Below, in pieces: positions 38,090 through 49,312 of a DNA stretch of 64,000 nucleotides. How positions within the stretch are numbered: the stretch's first letter is position 1; every line of letters starts with the position of its first letter. The position numbers and the translations under genes were made by a program. Below the pieces are notes generated by a model. That model worked only from the letters and a program-made list of their open reading frames with translations, made no database searches and was not told the DNA's origin. The stretch is from Gammaproteobacteria bacterium (GTDB lineage: Bacteria; Pseudomonadota; Gammaproteobacteria; JAJDOJ01): contig JALSSO010000081.1 in assembly GCA_026984215.1 (NCBI GenBank), positions 16,657 to 80,656 of the forward strand, written 5' to 3'.

Positions 38090-39336
38090 TCAAGTCTTGG
38101 AGGCGCCCGGATCCGGAAGCCGCAACGAGAGCAGTGCCGCGGCCAGTACGAAGGCCGCCGACCACCACAGGCAACCCTGCAGACCGTGGCGCTGATAGAC
38201 CCACCCCGATAGCACCGTTCCGGCCAGCCGTCCGGCCGCGTTGGACATGTAATAGAAACCCACACTCATTGCCACGCGGTCGCGGTCCGAATAGGCCAGG
38301 ATCAGATACGAGTGCACCGCCGAGTTGACGGCGAACACCACGCCGAACAGGATCAGGCCGCCGACGATGACCGGCTGCGGCGGCCAGCCTTGCCGCAGGG
38401 CCAGGGCGATGCCCGCCGGAAACAAGGCCAGCGCGAAGGCCCACATACGGGCCGTGCTCCCACCCGGCCCCCTTCCGTGACGGCTGTGCCCGAGGAGCCG
38501 AGGCGCGCCCGCCTGGACGAATCCGTAGCCGATCACCCACAGGGCCAGGAACCCTCCCACGCGCATGAAATCCCAGCCCAGCACGTCGTACAGGAACACC
38601 GGCAACCCCACCACGAACCACACGTCGCGCGAGCCGAACAGGAAAAAGCGTGCCGCAGACAACCAGTTGATGGCCGCCACGCGGGAGAAGACCTGGGTGA
38701 ATCTGGGCTTGGAGTGCATCCGCCCCACCCCGTGCGGCAGCAACCATGCGGTGACCAGGAGCACCACGGCGAGCAGTCCCGCCAGAACCCCCAGTGCCCA
38801 ACGGAACCCCACCGTCTGCAACAGCGCCGCCCCGACGAAGAAGCCCGCCCCCTTCAGCGCGTTCTTGGAGCCGGTGAGCACCGCCACCCAGCGGAACAGG
38901 CGAGAGCCGCCGCCCGCCTCGCCCGACAGGGCCTTGACCGAGGCCTTGGCCGACATCTTGTTAAGATCCTTGGCGATGCCGGACAGGGCCTGCGCGGCCA
39001 TCACGTAGGGCACGCTCAACCAGGCGTTCGGTACCGTGAGCAGGAGCAGCGCCACCACCTGAAGCGCCATGCCCAGATGCATGGTCAGATTGAGTCCGAC
39101 GCGCGCCCCCAGCCAGCCGCCCACCAAGTTCGTGACCACGCCGAAGAACTCGTAGAACAGGAACAGCATGGCGATCTCGAAGGGCGAATAGCCCAGCCGG
39201 TGGAAATACAGCACCACCAGCATGCGGATCGCCCCGTCGGTGACCGTGAACGCCCAGTAGCCGGCGGTGACGACCAGGTAGTTGCGCAGATCGGATTGCA
39301 CGGACGAGGCCTGCGGAAAACCGGATCCGCTCGCCA
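38090..39336 (-). CDS. MFS-family transporter (about 12 TM segments)
   Basis: Lies within ORF 38090..40333(-); the upstream 330 codons have no coding character. Probable GTG start at 39336 (VASGSGFPQ...LVVTAGYWAFTVTDGAIRML = TM1), preceded by GGAGA. Typical MFS loop motifs. Confidence 0.7.
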
Positions 39337-39550
39337 CTATGCCAAAGTCTCCGTACGATAAGAAACGGGCCCCTCGCCCGGACTTGCTCGCGGTCAAAAA
39401 GGCGGCGCCGCATTTCGGAAGGCCGACCGAACGGCGCACGGGCCGGACACAAAACCTCCAGCGGGGGCGGCCCTCGCGACCGGTCGGAACGGCCGCACGC
39501 CACGGGATGGTGAACACGGCGCCTCTCTCGAGCGGGAGCTTTCCATTCAC

Positions 39551-40720
39551 ATGACACGGTGCCATGCTTGGTGCATGGCTTCGCGCACCTCCGAGAAGGC
39601 CTTCGGCTGGTCCTGGCGCGTCGGCGTCTTCGCCGGCATCGCGGTCTATGTGCACGCGACCTTCGTGATCCTGATCCTCTGGATCGCGCTGAGCTACTGG
39701 CTGTCCACCCACAGTGTGGCGGCGATGCTCGAAGGAGTCGGCTTCATCCTGGCCCTGTTCGGCTGCGTGGTGTTGCACGAGTTCGGACATGCCCTGACGG
39801 CCCGGCGCTACGGCATCCGCACGCGGAGCATCACCTTGCTGCCCATCGGTGGCGTGGCCTCCCTGGAGAAGATGCCGGACGACCCCCGGCACGAAATCCT
39901 GGTGGCCCTGGCAGGCCCGGCCGTGAACATCGTCATCGGCCTCGGCATCTGGGTGCTCCTGCGCCTGTCGGGGGCCGCCGCGGGACTCGGCGACCTCGGG
40001 CTGACCTCCGGCTCCTTCCTGGAGCGGCTCATGCTGCTGAACTTCATGCTGGCCGGTTTCAACCTGATCCCCGCCTTCCCCATGGACGGCGGACGGGTGT
40101 TGAGGGCCTGGCTCTCGCTGCGCATGGATCCGGTGCGGGCCACCCGGGCGGCGGCGTCCATCGGCCAGGCGCTGGCCCTGTTCCTGGGCTTGCTCGGGCT
40201 GTTCTACAACCCGTTCCTGCTGTTCATCGCGCTGTTCGTCTGGATCGGAGCGGCGGCCGAATCCGGCACCACCGAGCTGCGCACGGTGCTCCAGGGCGTG
40301 ACCGTGGACCAGGCCATGCGCAGGGAGATCCACACCCTGTCCCCGGAAGACCGGCTGTCACACGCCGTCGAGCTCACCCTGGCCGGGTCCCAGAAGGACT
40401 TTCCGGTGGTGGATCCGCGCGGGCGGGTGGTCGGCATCCTGACCCACCTGGACCTCCTGCGCGGTCTGCGCGAGTCGGCAGAGACGGGACGTGTTGCGGA
40501 GTTCATGCGCACGGACTTCGAGCGGGCCCATGCCCGGGAGCCGCTGCAGGCGGTGTTCGACCGCCTGCAGGCCTGCGGATGCCGGGTGGTGCCGGTGTTG
40601 GACCACTCCGGCTCACTGGTGGGGCTACTCGATCTGGACAACATTTCCGAGCTGTTCCAGATCCGCGCCGCCCTGCGCGAACACCACACCGCCCACCCCT
40701 CCGGCGGACGGCTGCTGTAG
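39551..40720 (+). CDS. Site-2 protease (M50 zinc metalloprotease) with tandem C-terminal CBS domains
   Basis: HEFGHAL zinc motif within a TM helix, plus the second motif ...AFPMDGGRVL. The C-terminal CBS pair is ...VTVDQAMRREIHTLSPED... then ...AEFMRTDFERAHAREPL.... The start may be the Met at 39575. Confidence 0.8.
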   Translation: MTRCHAWCMASRTSEKAFGWSWRVGVFAGIAVYVHATFVILILWIALSYWLSTHSVAAMLEGVGFILALFGCVVLHEFGHALTARRYGIRTRSITLLPIGGVASLEKMPDDPRHEILVALAGPAVNIVIGLGIWVLLRLSGAAAGLGDLGLTSGSFLERLMLLNFMLAGFNLIPAFPMDGGRVLRAWLSLRMDPVRATRAAASIGQALALFLGLLGLFYNPFLLFIALFVWIGAAAESGTTELRTVLQGVTVDQAMRREIHTLSPEDRLSHAVELTLAGSQKDFPVVDPRGRVVGILTHLDLLRGLRESAETGRVAEFMRTDFERAHAREPLQAVFDRLQACGCRVVPVLDHSGSLVGLLDLDNISELFQIRAALREHHTAHPSGGRLL

Positions 40721-40736
40721 CGGCCGGACACGACGA

Positions 40737-40767
40737 GGCCCCCGGCAAAGCCGGGGGCCTTCTGTCT
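40737..40767. terminator. Bidirectional intrinsic terminator between the convergent S2P and rpoH genes (10-bp GC stem GGCCCCCGGC/GCCGGGGGCC, loop AAA, then a T-tract)
   Basis: Perfect hairpin with flanking A/T runs on both strands, in a 68-bp convergent gap. Confidence 0.55.
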
Positions 40768-40788
40768 GGACGTCGTTCCCCGACCCGG

Positions 40789-41652
<864 letters not shown>

Positions 41653-41726
41653 CGCTCACCACCTCCTTCTTGGCTTGTTCTGCAACTCCCCCGAGCGGAT
41701 CCGGCGGAGCCAGTCTGTATCCGAGT

Positions 41727-41753
41727 TTAGCACTCTCACGATGAGAGTGCTAA
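41727..41753. promoter_or_regulatory. Perfect CIRCE element (HrcA operator): TTAGCACTC-N9-GAGTGCTAA, 74-100 bp upstream of the rpoH start codon
   Basis: The sequence ttagcactc tcacgatga gagtgctaa matches the CIRCE consensus TTAGCACTC-N9-GAGTGCTAA at 18 of 18 positions. Confidence 0.7.
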
Positions 41754-41813
41754 CCACCGGAAAAGTTCACGGCTTTGGCATCGGATTTTCCATCGCCGTG
41801 CCGAGGGCAGGGC

Positions 41814-43361
41814 TCAGGAGACGATACGCGGCTTGAGCAACAGGGACTTGGCGGTCATCTGGGGCGGCTGGGGGATGCCCATGAGCTGCAGGATGGTCGG
41901 GGCTATATTGCTGATCCCCCCGCCGGTCAGCAGCTGCCAGGGCTGCTCGTCGATGACCAGACACGGCACCGGATACAGCGTATGCTGGGTGTGGGGCTCG
42001 CCGGTGACCGGATCGACCATCTCGTCGCAATTGCCGTGGTCGGCGGTGAGCAGCACCGAGACGCCGTTGTCCACCGCCGCGTCCAGCACCCGCCCCACGG
42101 CCTCGTCGAGCGCCTCCACCGCGCGGATGATGGCCTCGCGCTTGGCGGTGTGCCCCACCATGTCGCCGTTGGCGAAATTGACCACGATCCAGGCGTACTC
42201 CGGGTTCTCCAGGGCATGGACCACGTGGTCGGCCACCTCATAGGCGCTCATCTCGGGTTTCTGATCGTAGGTGGCCACCCGGGGCGAGGGGACCATGACC
42301 CGGTCCTCGCCGTCATAAGGCTGCTCCCGCCCCCCGTTGATGAAAAACGTGACGTGCGCGTACTTCTCCGTCTCGGCGCAGTGGAACTGACGAAGCCCCG
42401 CCTCGGATATGATCTTGCCGAGCGTGGTGCGGGGCACCTCGGGACGGAACGCGATCGAGCACGGGTAGTGAGCGTCGTACTCGGTCATGGTGACCACGCT
42501 CACGGGCAGGAAGTCGCCCCGTTCGAAGTGATCGAAATCCCGCGTGGCCAAGGCCTTGACCAGCTGGCGCGGCCGGTCGTTGCGGAAATTGAAGAACACC
42601 ACCACGTCCTCGGGACTCATGGGCAAACAAGGGGGCAGTACGGTGGGCGGGATGAACTCGTCGCCCAAACCCCGCTCGTAGGCCGCGTCGATGGCCTCGG
42701 TGGCGTTCCTGGCCTGCTCGCCCTCGCAACGGACGATGGCCCGCCAGGCCTTTTCGGTACGGTCCCAGCGCTTGTCACGGTCCATGGCGTAATACCGTCC
42801 CATGACCGTGGCGATCGCCCCGTCCGCCTCGTACAAGGCCTCTTCCAGAAACGGCAGGTAGTCCTTGGCCATGCGCGGCGGGGTGTCGCGCCCGTCGGTG
42901 ATCATGTGCACCAGGGGCTTGACGCCGTGCCGTTTGCACAGGTCGATCAGGGCCAGCAGATGCCGGATGTGCGAATGGACCCCCCCGTCCGAGACCAGAC
43001 CGATCAGGTGGACCGGCCGCTTGGTGTCCTGCGCCTTGCGCATGGCGAACAGGAAGGCGGGATTGTCGTAGAAACTGCCGTCCTCGATGGCCTCGTCGAT
43101 CCGCACCAGATCCTGCCGGATGATGCTCCCGCAGCCGATGGTGATGTGCCCGACCTCGGAGTTGCCCATCTGCCCAGGCGGCAATCCCACCGCACGCCCC
43201 GAGGCCTCCAGGGTGGTATGCGGATGGGTCGAGAAATAATGATCCAGGCGCGGGGTGTCGGCCAGCACGACGGCGTTGTTGGCCTTGCTCGGATTGCAGC
43301 CGAACCCATCCAGGATGACCAGCAAGGCACGGCGACGGATCTGAATCGGTTCTTCAGGCAT
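41814..43361 (-). CDS. gpmI: 2,3-bisphosphoglycerate-independent phosphoglycerate mutase
   Basis: 515 aa. ...LVILDGFG...NSEVGHITIGCG...TDGRDTPP...ADHGNCDEM... are iPGM motifs. Confidence 0.9.
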   Translation of the reverse strand: MPEEPIQIRRRALLVILDGFGCNPSKANNAVVLADTPRLDHYFSTHPHTTLEASGRAVGLPPGQMGNSEVGHITIGCGSIIRQDLVRIDEAIEDGSFYDNPAFLFAMRKAQDTKRPVHLIGLVSDGGVHSHIRHLLALIDLCKRHGVKPLVHMITDGRDTPPRMAKDYLPFLEEALYEADGAIATVMGRYYAMDRDKRWDRTEKAWRAIVRCEGEQARNATEAIDAAYERGLGDEFIPPTVLPPCLPMSPEDVVVFFNFRNDRPRQLVKALATRDFDHFERGDFLPVSVVTMTEYDAHYPCSIAFRPEVPRTTLGKIISEAGLRQFHCAETEKYAHVTFFINGGREQPYDGEDRVMVPSPRVATYDQKPEMSAYEVADHVVHALENPEYAWIVVNFANGDMVGHTAKREAIIRAVEALDEAVGRVLDAAVDNGVSVLLTADHGNCDEMVDPVTGEPHTQHTLYPVPCLVIDEQPWQLLTGGGISNIAPTILQLMGIPQPPQMTAKSLLLKPRIVS

Positions 43362-43435
43362 CAGGTTCTCGCGATCGTTCGGGGCGGAAGCCGGGCCGCC
43401 CCTGACCCGGGCGCGGATTCTACCAGCTTCGGGGG

Positions 43436-44305
43436 TCAGTCGGCGCGGGGGGCGCCCGAGGTGTCGTGCTCTTCCCGCTCGGCGGCGTCGAGCTCGGCCT
43501 CCATCTCGGCATCGCTCATGACCGCCCCGCCGGCCGCATCCCCGGACCGTTCCCGTTCCGCCCGGCGCTTGACCAGGATCCGCGAGAAAAGAATCCCCAA
43601 CTCAAACAACAGCCACATGGGGATGGCCAGTAGCGTCTGGGAGATGACGTCCGGGGGCGTGAGCAGCATGCCGACGACGAACACACCCACGACCACATAG
43701 GGGCGCTTCTTGGCCAAGGCCTCGGGGGTGGTCACGCCCATCATCACCAGGACCACCGTCACGATGGGCACCTCGAAGGCGGCCCCAAAGGCCAGAAAGA
43801 CCAGGATGACGAAATCCAGATAGCGGGAGATGTCCGTCATCACCGTCACCCCCTCGGGCGCCGAGGCGGTGAAGAAGGCGAAGGCCAGCGGGAACACCAC
43901 GAAGTAGGCGAAGGCCATGCCCAGGTAGAACAACAAGGTACTGGAGACCAGGATCGGCGCCACCAACCGTCGCTCGTGCCGGTACAACCCCGGCGCCACG
44001 AAGGCCCACACCTGATAGAGGATGAACGGCATGGCCAACACCACCGCAAGCAACAGGGCCAGCTTGAAGGGGATGAGAAACGGGGCCGCCACGTCGATGG
44101 CGATCATGGTGCTGCCTTGGGGAAGCTGCCGGGTCAACGGCCCGGCCAGCACCGTGTAGATGCGGTTGGCGAACGGGGCCAGCGCGACAAACACCACCAG
44201 CACCGCCAGCACCGCACGCAGGAGCCGGTCGCGCAGCTCCACCAGGTGCGACAGGAAGCTTTCTTCCTTGTCGGCCTCAGGCTCGGTGTGTGGGTTTTCC
44301 GTCAT
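43436..44305 (-). CDS. tatC: Twin-arginine translocase subunit TatC
   Basis: 289 aa, 6 TM segments. N-terminal ...[12 protein letters not shown]... and ...[16 protein letters not shown]... are TatC motifs. The annotated start overlaps the tatB 3' end. Confidence 0.9.
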   Translation of the reverse strand: MTENPHTEPEADKEESFLSHLVELRDRLLRAVLAVLVVFVALAPFANRIYTVLAGPLTRQLPQGSTMIAIDVAAPFLIPFKLALLLAVVLAMPFILYQVWAFVAPGLYRHERRLVAPILVSSTLLFYLGMAFAYFVVFPLAFAFFTASAPEGVTVMTDISRYLDFVILVFLAFGAAFEVPIVTVVLVMMGVTTPEALAKKRPYVVVGVFVVGMLLTPPDVISQTLLAIPMWLLFELGILFSRILVKRRAERERSGDAAGGAVMSDAEMEAELDAAEREEHDTSGAPRAD

Positions 44306-44762
44306 CGGGAGCGGTCACGGGCTGGGCGGACTGCGGGCTTGCGTCGGGCGGCGAGGAAGCCGGCTCCCGCCGCAGTAATTCCGTCGCGGAGGACGGCGCG
44401 CCAGACTCGACTCGGGCCGCGGTCTGGTCCGCCGGAGAGGCCTCGGCACCGCGCTGGATCTGCTCCTCGATGGCCTGTACGAGGCTGTCCGTCTCTCCGA
44501 GTTCCTCGCGGACCTCGGCCTGGGTCTCCTCCAACATGCCCCGCAACTGCTCGATCTCGCTCTGCTGCTTGTTGAGCATCTCGCGCAGTTCTTCGGCCCG
44601 CAACTCGCGCTCGATATCGGAGCGCACGCTGGCGACGAAGCGCTTGGCCTTGCCCACCCACAGCCCGGCCTTGCGGGCGACACCGGGCAGGCGCTCCGGA
44701 CCGATCACGAGCAGCGCCACGATGAAGACGACAACGAGTTCCCAGAACCCCAGATCGAACAT
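44277..44762 (-). CDS. tatB: Twin-arginine translocase subunit TatB
   Basis: [38 protein letters not shown]: TM helix, amphipathic helix, then an acidic tail. Confidence 0.85.
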   Translation of the reverse strand: MFDLGFWELVVVFIVALLVIGPERLPGVARKAGLWVGKAKRFVASVRSDIERELRAEELREMLNKQQSEIEQLRGMLEETQAEVREELGETDSLVQAIEEQIQRGAEASPADQTAARVESGAPSSATELLRREPASSPPDASPQSAQPVTAPDDGKPTHRA

Positions 44763-44866
44763 GACGGAAGCGGACTGCGTTCAGCCGGCGGAGCCGAGAC
44801 CCGACACCCGGGGGCGGGCGGAAAACGGACCGACCCGTGGAGGAACCCCGTGCCCGCGGGGCCTAC

Positions 44867-45114
44867 TCAAGCCTTGGCCTTGCTGTCGGTCTTGGTCTCG
44901 GCACCCGTGGCACCGGCTTCCTGGTGCTCGACCTGCTTGGCCGCGGCTTCGTCCTTGGACTCGTCGGCCTCGGCCGACTTCATCGCCTGCTTGAAGTTCT
45001 TGATGGCGGTGCCCAGGTCACCGCCCACGTTGCGCAGTTTCTTGGTGCCGAACAGGAGGACGATGATCGCCAGAACGATCAACAACTGCCAGATGCTGAT
45101 TCCACCGAATCCCA
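44867..45114 (-). CDS. tatA: Twin-arginine translocase subunit TatA
   Basis: Internal start [35 protein letters not shown] (ATG at 45114); 82 aa. Confidence 0.85.
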
Positions 45115-45134
45115 TGATGTGCTCACTCCAGTAT

Positions 45135-45464
45135 TCAGTTGGGGGCGGAACGCCGGGCCTTCTCCTCCAGCCCGGAGAGGCCGAAGCGTCCGCCGAGAAC
45201 GGCCAGCACGTCCCGGGGTCCCATGCCCTGCTGCGCCAGCAGCACCATGCAATGGAACCACAGATCGGCGGTCTCCTCGGCGATCCGCCGACGATCCCCA
45301 TCCTTGGCGGCCATGACCAGCTCCGTGGCCTCTTCGCCGATCTTTTTCAAAATGGCATCGAGCCCCTTTCTGTAGAGGCTGGCCACGTAGGAGCGCCCGG
45401 CGTCCGCGGTCTTCCGTTGCTCGAGGACCTCGGCCAGTCGTTGCAGGATCTCGCCGTGTTCCAT
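45135..45464 (-). CDS. hisE: Phosphoribosyl-ATP pyrophosphatase
   Basis: 109 aa. ...[31 protein letters not shown]...[13 protein letters not shown] is the HisE signature. Confidence 0.85.
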   Translation of the reverse strand: MEHGEILQRLAEVLEQRKTADAGRSYVASLYRKGLDAILKKIGEEATELVMAAKDGDRRRIAEETADLWFHCMVLLAQQGMGPRDVLAVLGGRFGLSGLEEKARRSAPN

Positions 45465-45582
45465 GCGCCGCGCTCCCGGATCTCGCTGTGCGGGGCGGGA
45501 ATCCGGCCAGCATCGGAGCGGTGTCCCTTCGTCCGGCGCCGTCGAATCCCCTTGATGTCCCTATCCTAACGCAAACCGCGGT

Positions 45583-46350
45583 TCATCGTCGCACGGGAAT
45601 GCCCGCCGCCGCCATGTGACGCTTGGCTTCGGCGATGGTGTATTCGCCGAAGTGGAAGATGCTGGCCGCGAGCACCGCATCCGCCTTGCCTTCGGTGACC
45701 CCCTCGACCAGGTGGTCCAAGGTACCCACCCCGCCGGAGGCGATCACCGGGATGCGTACCGCCTCGCTGATGGTGCGGGTGAGCGCCAGATCGAACCCGG
45801 ACTTGGTCCCGTCCCGGTCCATGCTGGTCAACAGGATCTCGCCGGCGCCATAGGATGCCATCTTGCGCGCCCAGGCCACGGCATCCAGTCCGGTGGGCTT
45901 GCGGCCGCCGTGGGTGAAGATCTCCCAGCGCGGCGGGTCCTGCGCCACCTGCTTGGCGTCGATGGCCACGACGATGCACTGGGAACCCACTTTGTCGGCG
46001 GCCTCCCGCACGAACTCCGGATCGAATACCGCCGCGGTGTTGATGGCCACCTTGTCGGCACCCGCCGTGAGCATGCGCCGAATGTCCTCCACCTTGCGGA
46101 TGCCGCCACCCACCGTCAGTGGAATGAACACCTCGGCGGCCACGTCCTCCACCACGTGCACGATGGTCTCACGGTCGTCGGAGCTGGCCGTGATGTCCAG
46201 GAAGGTGATCTCGTCGGCCCCCTCCCGGTCGTAGCGCCGGGCGATCTCCACCGGATCGCCTGCGTCCCGGATGTCCACGAAACGCACCCCCTTGACCACG
46301 CGGCCGGCGTCCACGTCCAGGCAGGGGATGATCCGCTTGGCCAGGGTCAT
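45583..46350 (-). CDS. hisF: Imidazole glycerol phosphate synthase, cyclase subunit
   Basis: Internal start [24 protein letters not shown]... (ATG at 46350). The upstream part of the long ORF is a GC artefact. Confidence 0.9.
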   Translation of the reverse strand: MTLAKRIIPCLDVDAGRVVKGVRFVDIRDAGDPVEIARRYDREGADEITFLDITASSDDRETIVHVVEDVAAEVFIPLTVGGGIRKVEDIRRMLTAGADKVAINTAAVFDPEFVREAADKVGSQCIVVAIDAKQVAQDPPRWEIFTHGGRKPTGLDAVAWARKMASYGAGEILLTSMDRDGTKSGFDLALTRTISEAVRIPVIASGGVGTLDHLVEGVTEGKADAVLAASIFHFGEYTIAEAKRHMAAAGIPVRR

Positions 46351-47093
46351 TGCGTGTCTGCCCCGTGCCGATCGGCGTAGGCCTGGGCCTCGGCCAGGTC
46401 GAGGGTCCCTTCGTAGAGCGCTCGGCCGATGATGGCCGCCTCGATTCCCTCGTCCTCCACGGCGCACAGGGCCTCCACGTCGGCCATGGTGCTCACCCCA
46501 CCCGAGGCGATGACCGGCACCCGCACGGCCTGGGCCAGGCGCACCGTGGCCTCCACGTTGACGCCCTGCATCATGCCGTCGCGGCTGATGTCCGTATAGA
46601 CGATGGCCGCCACCCCGTCGTCCTCGAAGCGCCGGGCCAGATCGATCACGTCGTGGTGGGACAACTTGGACCAGCCGTCGGTGGCCACCCTGCCTTCGCG
46701 GGCGTCCAGGCCCACGATGATGTGGCCGGGGAATTCCAGGCACAGATCGTTGACGAAGTGCGGGGCGGAGACCGCCTTGGTGCCGATGATGACATACTGC
46801 ACACCCGCGTCCAGGTAGGCCTGCACGGTGTCGGCGTCGCGGATTCCCCCGCCCACCTGGATCGGCAGGTCCGGGAACCGCTCGGCGATGCGGTGGATCA
46901 CACCGGCATTGACCGGCTCACCCCGCTTGGCGCCGTCCAGGTCCACCAAGTGCAGACGCCGGGCCCCGGCATCGACCCAACGGGCGGCCATTTCCACGGG
47001 GTCGTCGGAGAACACGGTCACATCGTTCATGTCGCCCTGACGCAGACGCACGCAGTGACCGTCTTTCAGATCGATGGCTGGAATCAGGAGCAT
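46347..47093 (-). CDS. hisA: Phosphoribosylformimino-5-aminoimidazole carboxamide ribotide isomerase
   Basis: [17 protein letters not shown]...VGGGIRD...IASGGVS are HisA signatures. Confidence 0.9.
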   Translation of the reverse strand: MLLIPAIDLKDGHCVRLRQGDMNDVTVFSDDPVEMAARWVDAGARRLHLVDLDGAKRGEPVNAGVIHRIAERFPDLPIQVGGGIRDADTVQAYLDAGVQYVIIGTKAVSAPHFVNDLCLEFPGHIIVGLDAREGRVATDGWSKLSHHDVIDLARRFEDDGVAAIVYTDISRDGMMQGVNVEATVRLAQAVRVPVIASGGVSTMADVEALCAVEDEGIEAAIIGRALYEGTLDLAEAQAYADRHGADTQ

Positions 47094-47148
47094 GGGTTCT
47101 GGCTCGTCGGTGGTTTGCTCGGTTTGCCGGACGGCGGGGCGCAGTCGT

Positions 47149-47805
47149 TCAGGGCGCCTGACCGTCCCAACGCGCGAAGTTCTCCAGCAGACGGATCCCG
47201 GCCTGGGCGCTCTTCTCGGGATGGCTCTGGATGGCGAACACGTTGTCGTGTCCGAGCGCCGAGGTGAAGGGGATGCCGTAGTCGGTCACCCCGAGACGCA
47301 GCGCCTCGGCCGTGGGATCGGCATAGTAGCTGTGCACGAAATAGAAATAGCTGTCCTGTGGGATGCCCCGCCACAAGGGGTGCGGTCCGGTCTGATGGAC
47401 GGTGTTCCAGCCCATGTGCGGTATCTTGAGCGCGCGCCCGGCCGGGAGCGCATCCAAGGCGGCGGCAAAGGACTTCACCCGACCCGGAAACACGCCCAGA
47501 CAGGCGGTGCCCCCATTCTCCTCGCTGGACTCCAGAAGCACTTGCATGCCCATGCACACGCCGAGAAACGGCTTGCTGCGCACGGCCTCCACGATGGCCT
47601 CGTCCAGACCCGTCTCGCGCAGGGCGCGCATGCAGTCGGCCGCGGCCCCCTGACCCGGGAACACCACGCGGTCGGCCCGCCGCACCACTGCGGGCTGCGA
47701 ACTGATCCGTACGACCGTATCGGCGGGCGCCACGTGTTCCAGCGCCTTGGCCACCGAGCGCAGGTTACCCATCCCGTAATCCACGATCACGATCGTTGCG
47801 GCCAT
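47149..47805 (-). CDS. hisH: Imidazole glycerol phosphate synthase, glutaminase subunit
   Basis: [19 protein letters not shown]...GVCMGMQVL...HSYY..., a class I glutamine amidotransferase. Confidence 0.9.
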   Translation of the reverse strand: MAATIVIVDYGMGNLRSVAKALEHVAPADTVVRISSQPAVVRRADRVVFPGQGAAADCMRALRETGLDEAIVEAVRSKPFLGVCMGMQVLLESSEENGGTACLGVFPGRVKSFAAALDALPAGRALKIPHMGWNTVHQTGPHPLWRGIPQDSYFYFVHSYYADPTAEALRLGVTDYGIPFTSALGHDNVFAIQSHPEKSAQAGIRLLENFARWDGQAP

Positions 47806-47853
47806 CGTTATGCTGTTTCGGCTCCGATTCGGGGGCGAAAGTTCCTCGAGCGC

Positions 47854-48447
47854 TCAGACGAGGGTGCCCTTGGTGGAGGGGGTCCGACCTTCCATGCGCG
47901 GGTCGGGCTCCACGGCGGCCCGCACCGCCCGCCCGAAGGCCTTGAACACGGTTTCGGCCATGTGGTGGGCGTTGCGCCCCCGCAGGCAGTCGACGTGCAG
48001 CGTGGCGCGGGCGTGATTCACGAATCCCTGGAAGAACTCCCGGAACAAGTCCACGTCGAAGGCGCCGATGCGGGCGCGTGGGTATTCGACGTGGTATTCC
48101 AACCCGGGCCGGCCGGAGAAGTCGACCACCACCCGGGACAGCGCCTCGTCCAGTGGCACGTACGCGTGACCGTAGCGCTGGATGCCACGCTTGTCGCCCA
48201 ACGCGCGCTCGAAGGCCTGACCCAGCGTGATGCCGATGTCCTCCACCGTGTGGTGGTCGTCGATGTGCCGATCGCCCCGGGCGCGGATCTCCAGATCCAG
48301 CATCCCATGCCGGGCCACCTGATCCAGCATGTGCTCCAAGAAAGGCACCCCGGTGTCGAAATCCGCCGCCCCGGTACCGTCCAGATCCAGACGCACCTGG
48401 ATCTGGGTCTCCAGGGTGTCGCGCCGGACCTCTGCGTTGCGACTCAT
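47854..48447 (-). CDS. hisB: Imidazoleglycerol-phosphate dehydratase
   Basis: Internal start [26 protein letters not shown] (ATG at 48447). ...[11 protein letters not shown]...[10 protein letters not shown] motifs. Confidence 0.9.
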   Translation of the reverse strand: MSRNAEVRRDTLETQIQVRLDLDGTGAADFDTGVPFLEHMLDQVARHGMLDLEIRARGDRHIDDHHTVEDIGITLGQAFERALGDKRGIQRYGHAYVPLDEALSRVVVDFSGRPGLEYHVEYPRARIGAFDVDLFREFFQGFVNHARATLHVDCLRGRNAHHMAETVFKAFGRAVRAAVEPDPRMEGRTPSTKGTLV

Positions 48448-48499
48448 GCCCGCTCCTCGAATCCGTGGACCCGCATGTCTCCCGGCCGGAAGATCCGGT

Positions 48500-48970
48500 T
48501 CAGCGGATTCTATCATCGCCCGCGCCCGGGGGCCCCACCTCCAGCCAGAAGGTCACCGGCCCGTCGTTGGTGAGTTCCACCGCCATGTGGGCGCCGAACC
48601 GGCCCGTTTCGCAGGCGCCGTGCAGGGCACGGGCGCGTTCCACGAACCGCTGGTAGAGGCGCCTGCCCTCGCCGGGGTCGGCGGCCTGCGAGAAGCTCGG
48701 CCGCAGCCCCTTGCGGGTGTCGGCGGCCAGGGTGAACTGAGAGACCACCAGCAACCCCCCGCCCGTATCGGAGAGACTGCGGTTCATCCGCCCCGCGCCG
48801 TCCGGGAAAACGCGATAGCGCAGCACGCGCTCCAGCAGGCGGTCCGCCTCGCGCTCCGTGTCGCCGGCCACCACTCCCAGGAACACCAGCAGTCCCGCGC
48901 GGATCTCGCCCACGATCTCACCCTCCACCAGCACGCGGGCCCTCGTCACCCGTTGCAGCAATGCGATCAT
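48500..48970 (-). CDS. dtd: D-aminoacyl-tRNA deacylase
   Basis: Internal start [33 protein letters not shown]...[17 protein letters not shown] (ATG at 48970). Confidence 0.85.
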   Translation of the reverse strand: MIALLQRVTRARVLVEGEIVGEIRAGLLVFLGVVAGDTEREADRLLERVLRYRVFPDGAGRMNRSLSDTGGGLLVVSQFTLAADTRKGLRPSFSQAADPGEGRRLYQRFVERARALHGACETGRFGAHMAVELTNDGPVTFWLEVGPPGAGDDRIR

Positions 48971-49287
48971 GTCCCAGTCCTCATCCCGGCGCCGCCCGAT
49001 ACTTGGCACCGGCTCATGGCGGCGTCGGAAACATCCTACGGCACGCACCGCGCAACACCTACAGGGCACACATCCATCGGCCATGGGCGGAAAGGGGTGG
49101 GACCCGGAAAATGCTCACCATGGCAACGGAAGCCGGATCCCCGCGGACCACCAGGGAAGGCGGGCACCGGGGGATCATCAGGAACCGCGGACGCGGCGAT
49201 GGAAGCGCCGCGCGCCGCGGGCCACTGGGAAACAGTGGAAAGGGACTGCGCACTCGACGCGTGCATTCCGGCCAGGACGGCCCTTGA

Positions 49288-49312
49288 CCCGGCGAGGGAT
49301 CGCCGGGTTTTT
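49288..49312 (+). terminator. Intrinsic terminator oriented for the plus strand (8-bp stem CCCGGCGA/TCGCCGGG, loop GGGA, then TTTTT), at the end of a 340-bp gene-free region
   Basis: The T5 tract follows the hairpin only on the plus strand; minus-strand polarity does not fit. No plus-strand CDS lies upstream of it. Confidence 0.45.

Noticed and set aside
38090-40333. A full 747-aa ORF considered as one large membrane protein.
   Set aside because: Only the C-terminal 415 codons have MFS topology and sequence character. The N-terminal 330 codons are a low-complexity GC artefact overlapping the divergent promoter region.
41727-41753. The hairpin between gpmI and rpoH read as a rho-independent terminator for gpmI.
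   Set aside because: No U-tract follows the stem on the gpmI strand, and the sequence matches the CIRCE consensus at 18 of 18 positions with the exact 9-nt spacer, which is far more specific.
49288-49307. The hairpin 5 bp after the DUF523 stop considered as the minus-strand terminator for the DUF523 gene.
   Set aside because: The T-tract lies on the wrong side for minus-strand transcription. The polarity fits only a plus-strand transcript.
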